Virus record (IMG/VR): IMGVR_UViG_3300031787_000075 | Coordinates: 1-64,000 of that record | DNA length: 64,000 nt | Source of the DNA: a virus | Strand: one strand, 5' to 3' | In this document: positions 57,227 to 64,000 of the stretch, in pieces | Layout: every line of letters starts with the position of its first letter | Numbering within the stretch: the stretch's first letter is position 1 | Translations under genes and position numbers: made by a program | Notes under the pieces: generated by a model | Told to the model about the DNA's origin: nothing | Seen by the model: only the letters and a program-made list of their open reading frames with translations | Database searches by the model: none

Positions 57227-60200
57227 CTACATTTTTTTAGGTAATTTTCCATAAATAGATTTGATTTTATCTTTTTGGGCAGGAATTAAAGCTTTATTGG
57301 TCATTAACTTATCTAAGAAATCTTTGGCCTGAACGTACTGCATAGGAAGGTTTCTGTTAAATGCGTACAACAATTCAAACCATTGTAATTTCTGCTCTGG
57401 TGTTATTGACTCTTTTTCGCTTAAATCATCAACTATGTAAGATAATTCCTTAAGGTTTTCGCCAAACCTGAATTGCTTATAAGAATCCTCGAATTGCTTT
57501 GCCTCTACTGGAAACTCTTTCTTAAACTTTTTCATGTTTTCAGGCTTTACATAATCTGCAGGAGTTATGTGGTCGTCATTGAACATCTTTTCTATTTCTA
57601 GCATGTTAACGCCTTTTGACTCTAGCATAGGATTAAAGCTGTTTTTGTGTTTTGTAACGGCTTCTAATTGCTTCCAAAACAAAGCGTATTCTCTACCTCT
57701 TTGCCATGTATTTTTAGTGGCAAAACGATATGGATTTTCAAGTAGCTTTCTTTCGCTATCGCTATTTAGTTCTAATGCAAATCTAGCGTTTGCACCAAAC
57801 TGCGCTTTTAAGAAATAGTCTGTCTTCATAGGGCTTACACCAAACTTTTCTCCCATCCACTTAGCAAACTCGCTTGTGTTCTTGTTTTGTTGGTATTGAC
57901 TCTCCATATTAGCGTACTCTCCTGTTACAATAGGCATTAATGTAGGGTAAGATTTAACACTTAATAAAGTATTAATTGTTGGAGAAACAGCTGTTGGAAT
58001 CATTTGCAAAGCATTTGCTCCTGCCATATCGCTATCTCCAGTCAAAATACCTTCCAAAATACCTTCCGCTTGTTTAACTCCTCCTGGCAAACCCTCTCTT
58101 ATTGGTGAAAAATATTGGCTTGGAGTGTATTTGAATGGTGCTTTTTTGTTTTTCTCATAAGCATAAGAAAAGGCAGCCATTTGAGAAATACCTGTGATCG
58201 CTGTAATAGATTCAGGAACCCTTACCCTAATCCATTTCAATTCAGGTCCACCCCATATAAATACATACTTGGCAAACTCTTCTGATGGTTTATTGGCCAT
58301 TGCAGCAATATCATCATCATCTCCTCCTCCATTAAACACCTGCATAATACTATACGCACTTATAAATGCTAATGTGGCAGCTAATCCTCCTCCTCGTTTT
58401 GGATTTTTCTTTATCGACTCTATGTTTTTTAGTAGCGCCTGCAATGATGCGTTCCAATAAACGTGTGACCTATAAGCTACCCTTCCAGCTCTACCAAACA
58501 TTAAACCTCTTCTGTAAAAAGGGGCAGAAACATTGGCTGCCATAAATAATGCTGTACTATCGTCATAACCTAAGTCTATTGCTCTTTTAAATTCAGCAAA
58601 CCTAGTCATAATCTCTGTGGCATTAACAGGAGCGGCCAAAACATCAATGGCGGTATCAAAAACTTGTTTAGCCTTGGTTCCAATTGTTTTCTTAGGAGAA
58701 ACTCTGTTAATTATTTCACCTACGGTTTCTGTTCTGTCAAAATTAAACGCCTTAGAAGCATTGAATCTATCCCCTGCTAGTGCTAAATACTTTTTAAGCA
58801 ACTCTTCACCTTGCGGGGTGTCTATCTTCATTCCCAACTCGTTTAAAACAGTTCTCCATTGCGTGAATACTTGTATAGCATCTCCGGCACCAATGAAATC
58901 TCTTTTTCCTGTAGTTGAGTTTATAAAGGCAGATATTTGGTCAATGGTAAAGTTTCTTAACGCAAATGTCGGGTTGGCGGCTGTGGTCATTAATCCAAAC
59001 ACATTAGCACCTGCAAACAATATCTTTTCCCATGCACCATTCATGTCTTCCGGGCTTAATGTTGTGGCTAAAGCCTTAATCCAATCCGCTGCCTCGTAAT
59101 ACTGCTTGCTTCCATTTATGTAAAAACTAACATACCCTCTGTTCTCTAAGTGGCCAAATGTAGGAACGCCACCAATCATAACAGCGGTCTTAGGTACTCT
59201 AATAAAATCTTGGTTTAGCTGTCTTTTACTTATGCCCATGTCCTCACCATGCTCGTTAACGAATTGGGCAAATTTCATCCAAAACATATTGTTGTAACCC
59301 TTCATGATGGTTTTAGGAATATGTAAAATCATTGCCTCTAACGGACCAATGAAAGACTTTCCTGAACTACCAGTTCTCTTTTTAAACTGTGTTAGGTTTC
59401 CTCCTTGTGAGTTTCCTCCCCCTGTCATTAAATCGTCATGGATATATCTTTGGAAGGAAGCATAGTCTTTATTTTTAGACCATTCCTTATAAGACTCTTC
59501 ACTTATTAAGCCGGTATTCCTAGCGACCTCTAACAAATGCTCATTTATCTTATCAAAAATGGCAGTAGCATCTTTAAACTCTTTCTCAAAGGCAGCTATG
59601 CCTGCATTTACCTGCCTAATATCAAAATTATCGTTGTTTACTATGGTTCTGTACTCAACAAATTTATCAAGAAGCCTTTTAGCTATTTGGGCTTGAACAG
59701 GAGTCATTGCATCAGGGTCCGGAAAGTTTGCCATATACATATCGTAATCGTTCTTAGCATCAACCATTCTATTATAATCCCCTTTTGCCCTCCTGTTGAT
59801 TAGGTATTGATTAAATACATCTCTAACAAACTCTATATCCCTATCATTCTTTTTTGCGATCCTACCTAATTCATCCAAAATACTATTAACACTAAGTTTT
59901 TCATATTTGTAGGTTCCATTTTTTTGAATAATGGCCATCATTTGCTTTCCATTTAACCATGCCTGGGCAATAGGTCCGCTCTGCATATTGGTAAAATAAG
60001 CAATCTCTAGGCTTTCATCACTCAATGCGGTATCAGCTAATTCATCCAATGTCCTAAATGCGCTGCCGGTGTCGAATTGCAATGCCATATACATTTTAAA
60101 TCCTACATCAGACACGTTTACGTTTTTCCATGAACTTTCAGCGCCAAAACCTTTTTTAACCTCTTGTTGCGCATCTGCCATCCTTAATCCTGTACTGAAT

Positions 60201-63200
60201 ATTGGTGACAACTGTTTTACACCATCCATTATGTTAGCCATGGCATCATACAGCTTGTTCACCAATGGATGATTGTATGTTGAACCACTAACAAATACTT
60301 TATTGAATATCTCTGAATAGTCTTGCGAAATCTTAATAGGGTCCGCTAAATACTCATTCATAAACACCGCTAGACCTTCTATTACTTGTAAGCTTGTTGG
60401 GTGTGTTGGCTTGGCATTAGGATAAAATTCTTGGTAAATCTGTTTTAGTTCATTTATTAAATCCTTATCCCCTGAATCAATAATGTTTTTGGCCATACCA
60501 TTTGTTTGGTCGATAAAGTGCATGCCCTCATGTATGGCAGTAAATATCTCCATCAACGATCTGGTGCCAATATATTTCTGCCTAATAAAATACGCTCCCA
60601 ATGCTCTAGGAACCTTTTTCTCTCTTACAGGAACTCCAATATCATTTAAAGCCTTTTTAACTCTGCCAGACAAACTAAAATAATCAGCTGTCAAAGGACC
60701 CATTCCTCTATCATTGTAAATGTATTGAGGAACACCATTTCTATTTACGGCGATTTGAACATTTGGTTTAGCATTTCCTACCTCCGATATGAATTGTTGG
60801 GCAGTTTTTAGGTCTTGGTAAGCCATTGACTTTAACGAGGCAAATATTTGTTTCTGCTCTTCATTGTCGGTTGCCGCTGCCAACGCATCCATATTCTGTA
60901 AAAACTCTCTTAGCGTTTTTGCAGGCATTAACTTGGCAGCGCTAACGGCATCAACAAAACCTTTACTTGCGCCTTGTCCAAAAACAGCTAATGCCAGGCT
61001 ATCTGTCGTAACGGCTTTGTACTTTGTCTTAACCCTTTCGTAGGCGTATCTAATCCATTCCTCTGAACCCTGTCCTAACCTTACCGCTAAATCTTTGAAA
61101 TTAGTAATGCCTTGTTTTACATATAAGGCAACTACTTTTATGAACTTACCTGCCATAACTAAGCCGGTAGGGTCGTTTTGATTTGGCCTAATGCCTAAAC
61201 TCTTGTTTTTATCCCATTCCGATTTTAAATCGTCTATGGCGGCTTCTAGTTTTGTTTTTGAAACTTCATATTGTGGGCTCTCAACTTCATTAAAGATTCT
61301 TTGGCGTTCTGCCTCAAAGAATTTATCTCTGATTGAGTTAAGCGACTTGAATTTATAAATTCTTGCTGCTTGTCCTTTAGTAAGTTCTTCTGTGTTTCTT
61401 GCGATTCCATAATCTTGGACAAATGTATTTAATTTTTCTTTACCAAACTTATCATTCAACTTATTTAATAAATCTTTTGAAATAATTTGGTTTGGACCAA
61501 ACCTGCCTTGCGCCAAATTTGTTGACAAAACAACCTTTCCTCCGTTTTCCTCTACAAAAATTTCTAAAGCCTTCAAAGTTGCTCCGCTAGTGCTTACATC
61601 ATCAATAAGAATGTATTCTTGACCTGGATTTATTTTACCATCGAAATATACAGGTCTTAAAAGTCTTGCAGCTGGGGAAGCGCCTGTATGATAAGACCTA
61701 TTTGATTGAACAATATCTGTTTCTATCTCATTTCCGTATATTTCATGTATTTTTTGAGCATAAGCCAAAGGCAGCATATTTCTACCTGTCCTTTCATTTG
61801 ATATTACAGGAATTAACTTAGCGTTAGGGTAATTAGATATGCTAGACAATCTTTCACTCTTTACTATCTTATTTACAATCTCGTAAGCTGAAATAATATC
61901 ACCTGATTTAGCTTTTTCGTAATCTTTTGTTTTGACTAAATTAGAAATTGAGGTATGATTAATGTTTTCAACCTGCATTAAAGGCAATCCCCTATCAGAA
62001 AGTGCATTGTAAAGATTATCGGTTATTGGAATAGACATTCCGGAGGTGTATCCTTTTGCGTAATCCATGTCAACATCTATTGGAGAAACCCTTACGTTTT
62101 TGTCGTACTTTCTAGCAACCTTCTCAAACGCCTTGCCTACATCGCCTATTTCACCTTCTTTTACTGAACCGTAATACTTTTTCATAGGTTCAGAACCAAT
62201 AGTATGCTCGTCAACCTTTATTTCTTTTAAACCTGTGCTATACTCTCTGCCTTCTCCATTTTTTATTTTATTGGCTATTTCAGAACCTAATAAATCTTTA
62301 ACCCTATCAAAAGAAACATTTGTTTCAAAAAAAACTTCTTTGTTATTGTAAGTACCTGTTATAAAATAATTGTCGTAGGTCTTAAAGTAGTTATACTGAA
62401 TAGTATCAACAACATTGGATATTCTAAATCTTTGAGAAACCTGCTCCCCAGTATTCCATGCCACAGCATCATATCCGTTTTCAACCGCGTATTTTAATGC
62501 TCTCTTAGCGGCAAGGTCTGTATAAGTTTTTTTGAATGGGGCAATTGGAGTTTTGCCTTCTTTAATTCTGTATGATTGGTCTGTAAATTCAGGGTTGTTA
62601 ATCGCCCAATCCTCGGCCTCTTCTGATGAATAGAAAATAGGAGCTCCTTTTATCTTATCTCCATTCATTTTAGTGACAAAGAATTGACCTTTATAGCCAT
62701 AATCTCTTCCAGCTTCATGCCTTTGGCTTTGTATTTCGTCAATAACCATTACTTTTCTGCCATCCTCTGTAACGGAATCTCCAAACCTTAGCCACACCAA
62801 GGCTCTGCCAGTTGTTACTGTTCCAAAATGTATATCATCATTTAGATTATATAATTCAACCTCTTTAGAATATTTTGCATTACTTGAAAATTCTCTTCCG
62901 CTTGCGTATATAACAATTTCTTTTTTATTAGATAAATCAGGTGAGGTGTATTGTAATCTAGTTGAGTTTATTTGGTTTTCGTACTCTTCAAAATATGATT
63001 CCCTTATTTCGTCTTGAACAGCTTCTTTAATTGTATCTACTGAATTAAGAAACTTATTGGCATAATCAAGCATATCCATAGCGGTTGCAAACGCATCTGG
63101 ATTTTGAATTAAATTTGAGGTTATAAGTTCTTGTTCTAAAACCTTTAAGGAGTCTTCGTTAGGGTTTTGATTATATTTTGTTACAGCATCTCTAACATCT

Positions 63201-64000
63201 TCAATATAAACCACGTCTTCTTCTGTAGCATCCCATCCTGAACCAAAAACATAATAAGAAGAGTCTTCACCTCTGCTTAAGTTATTTTCACTTAAAAACA
63301 GTCTAGCTTCGGCTATTGTGGCTCCATCTAAACTGCTTTTCTTTTCTGTTGACAGTATCTTTTCAGCAATCTCAACCTTGTTTTCTTTCAAAAACTTTAA
63401 TGCAGCATCCTTAGTGATTTTATTGTACTTGTTCTCTTCAATGTAATCCTCGAAGCCGGTCCAATAAACCTCTTCTCTGTCCAATAACCCTTCGTTTGCT
63501 CTTGCCTCAATCCAATCCTTCCATTGCGCTCCGGTCATGGTGTTGCCTTTTTGTTCAATAGCTGAATTTAGTCTGCTGTACCAGTCAACAACAATTGTTT
63601 TGGCAGTTTTATCCTTGGCAATGTCTTGAATAGCGGCTTTGTCAAACATGGTTTTAACAGCGGCTTGTGTAAAGGCATCTAAATCCATTTCAGACAATTG
63701 TTTGGCAGTAACCTTGTCTAGGCCAACTATATCTTTAATTGCTTGCCAAAACTCTTTTAGCCACTCCGTAAAGCCTTTCTTTTCATTGGCAGCCATTACC
63801 ACTCCTTTGTCTGCAATGGCTCTTACTAGGGCTTCTTCTTGCTTCTGTTTGTACGTTAATTTAGCATAGGCAGGATTGTTCTCCACCTCTTCTAAATACT
63901 TGCTACCCACAACCAATTCCAAACCTCTTCTTAAAACATCGGGTCTGTGTTCTGAAAGCAATTTAGTAAAGGCATGGCCAAACTCATGTATTGGCGTTTC
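57227..64000 (-). CDS. giant polyvalent ejection-type protein (zincin HExxH x2, PRTase-like, LPD38-like C-terminus); N-terminus outside window
   Basis: frame open to 64000 (ETPIHEFGH at 63988-63974), IDEIQSQ domain, LIDDVSTSGATL, IHEGMH, NPTFALRNF..D, E..TRFAEF. Confidence 0.8.
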   Translation of the reverse strand, partial: ETPIHEFGHAFTKLLSEHRPDVLRRGLELVVGSKYLEEVENNPAYAKLTYKQKQEEALVRAIADKGVVMAANEKKGFTEWLKEFWQAIKDIVGLDKVTAKQLSEMDLDAFTQAAVKTMFDKAAIQDIAKDKTAKTIVVDWYSRLNSAIEQKGNTMTGAQWKDWIEARANEGLLDREEVYWTGFEDYIEENKYNKITKDAALKFLKENKVEIAEKILSTEKKSSLDGATIAEARLFLSENNLSRGEDSSYYVFGSGWDATEEDVVYIEDVRDAVTKYNQNPNEDSLKVLEQELITSNLIQNPDAFATAMDMLDYANKFLNSVDTIKEAVQDEIRESYFEEYENQINSTRLQYTSPDLSNKKEIVIYASGREFSSNAKYSKEVELYNLNDDIHFGTVTTGRALVWLRFGDSVTEDGRKVMVIDEIQSQRHEAGRDYGYKGQFFVTKMNGDKIKGAPIFYSSEEAEDWAINNPEFTDQSYRIKEGKTPIAPFKKTYTDLAAKRALKYAVENGYDAVAWNTGEQVSQRFRISNVVDTIQYNYFKTYDNYFITGTYNNKEVFFETNVSFDRVKDLLGSEIANKIKNGEGREYSTGLKEIKVDEHTIGSEPMKKYYGSVKEGEIGDVGKAFEKVARKYDKNVRVSPIDVDMDYAKGYTSGMSIPITDNLYNALSDRGLPLMQVENINHTSISNLVKTKDYEKAKSGDIISAYEIVNKIVKSERLSSISNYPNAKLIPVISNERTGRNMLPLAYAQKIHEIYGNEIETDIVQSNRSYHTGASPAARLLRPVYFDGKINPGQEYILIDDVSTSGATLKALEIFVEENGGKVVLSTNLAQGRFGPNQIISKDLLNKLNDKFGKEKLNTFVQDYGIARNTEELTKGQAARIYKFKSLNSIRDKFFEAERQRIFNEVESPQYEVSKTKLEAAIDDLKSEWDKNKSLGIRPNQNDPTGLVMAGKFIKVVALYVKQGITNFKDLAVRLGQGSEEWIRYAYERVKTKYKAVTTDSLALAVFGQGASKGFVDAVSAAKLMPAKTLREFLQNMDALAAATDNEEQKQIFASLKSMAYQDLKTAQQFISEVGNAKPNVQIAVNRNGVPQYIYNDRGMGPLTADYFSLSGRVKKALNDIGVPVREKKVPRALGAYFIRQKYIGTRSLMEIFTAIHEGMHFIDQTNGMAKNIIDSGDKDLINELKQIYQEFYPNAKPTHPTSLQVIEGLAVFMNEYLADPIKISQDYSEIFNKVFVSGSTYNHPLVNKLYDAMANIMDGVKQLSPIFSTGLRMADAQQEVKKGFGAESSWKNVNVSDVGFKMYMALQFDTGSAFRTLDELADTALSDESLEIAYFTNMQSGPIAQAWLNGKQMMAIIQKNGTYKYEKLSVNSILDELGRIAKKNDRDIEFVRDVFNQYLINRRAKGDYNRMVDAKNDYDMYMANFPDPDAMTPVQAQIAKRLLDKFVEYRTIVNNDNFDIRQVNAGIAAFEKEFKDATAIFDKINEHLLEVARNTGLISEESYKEWSKNKDYASFQRYIHDDLMTGGGNSQGGNLTQFKKRTGSSGKSFIGPLEAMILHIPKTIMKGYNNMFWMKFAQFVNEHGEDMGISKRQLNQDFIRVPKTAVMIGGVPTFGHLENRGYVSFYINGSKQYYEAADWIKALATTLSPEDMNGAWEKILFAGANVFGLMTTAANPTFALRNFTIDQISAFINSTTGKRDFIGAGDAIQVFTQWRTVLNELGMKIDTPQGEELLKKYLALAGDRFNASKAFNFDRTETVGEIINRVSPKKTIGTKAKQVFDTAIDVLAAPVNATEIMTRFAEFKRAIDLGYDDSTALFMAANVSAPFYRRGLMFGRAGRVAYRSHVYWNASLQALLKNIESIKKNPKRGGGLAATLAFISAYSIMQVFNGGGDDDDIAAMANKPSEEFAKYVFIWGGPELKWIRVRVPESITAITGISQMAAFSYAYEKNKKAPFKYTPSQYFSPIREGLPGGVKQAEGILEGILTGDSDMAGANALQMIPTAVSPTINTLLSVKSYPTLMPIVTGEYANMESQYQQNKNTSEFAKWMGEKFGVSPMKTDYFLKAQFGANARFALELNSDSERKLLENPYRFATKNTWQRGREYALFWKQLEAVTKHKNSFNPMLESKGVNMLEIEKMFNDDHITPADYVKPENMKKFKKEFPVEAKQFEDSYKQFRFGENLKELSYIVDDLSEKESITPEQKLQWFELLYAFNRNLPMQYVQAKDFLDKLMTNKALIPAQKDKIKSIYGKLPKKM

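Noticed and set aside
1-64000. Stop-codon reassignment as in some crAssviruses
   Set aside because: Genes are full-length and densely packed under the standard code; TAG and TGA both end genes; no suppressor tRNA seen

Overview
The whole window is a tailed dsDNA phage of a Bacteroidota host (TAnnTTTG promoters, A-rich start contexts, standard genetic code) with a crAss-like podovirus virion module. It may be most of a circularly permuted genome, since both window ends fall inside very large minus-strand ejection-type genes. Layout: (i) 1-26942, minus strand: tail fibre, lysis cassette with GroES, terminase, portal, scaffold, major capsid, ring/muzzle tail proteins, a poly-Thr protein paired with a glycosyltransferase, and ejection proteins. 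(ii) 27196-30391: HTH/nuclease genes and a lambda-O-like initiator with internal iterons. (iii) ~30400-30880: non-coding hinge with a strong C>G skew leading into it, a dif-like XerC/D site and the probable genome end. (iv) 30894-39950, plus strand: early/host-takeover genes. (v) 40007-56475, minus strand: recombination/replication genes, a Tad2-like sponge and three more glycosyltransferases. (vi) 56480-56833: two aberrant tRNA-like elements and an 11-bp repeat. (vii) 57227-64000: a giant polyvalent protein. No integrase, DNA polymerase, RNA polymerase, reverse transcriptase or CRISPR array was recognised. The best candidate for an undescribed system is phage-encoded mucin-like protein O-glycosylation. 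Other strong leads are a major capsid protein with an N-terminal membrane leader, tRNA mimics abutting the glycosyltransferase operon, and a host-Xer dif site. All family assignments come from motifs recognised by eye and from synteny; no database search was run.
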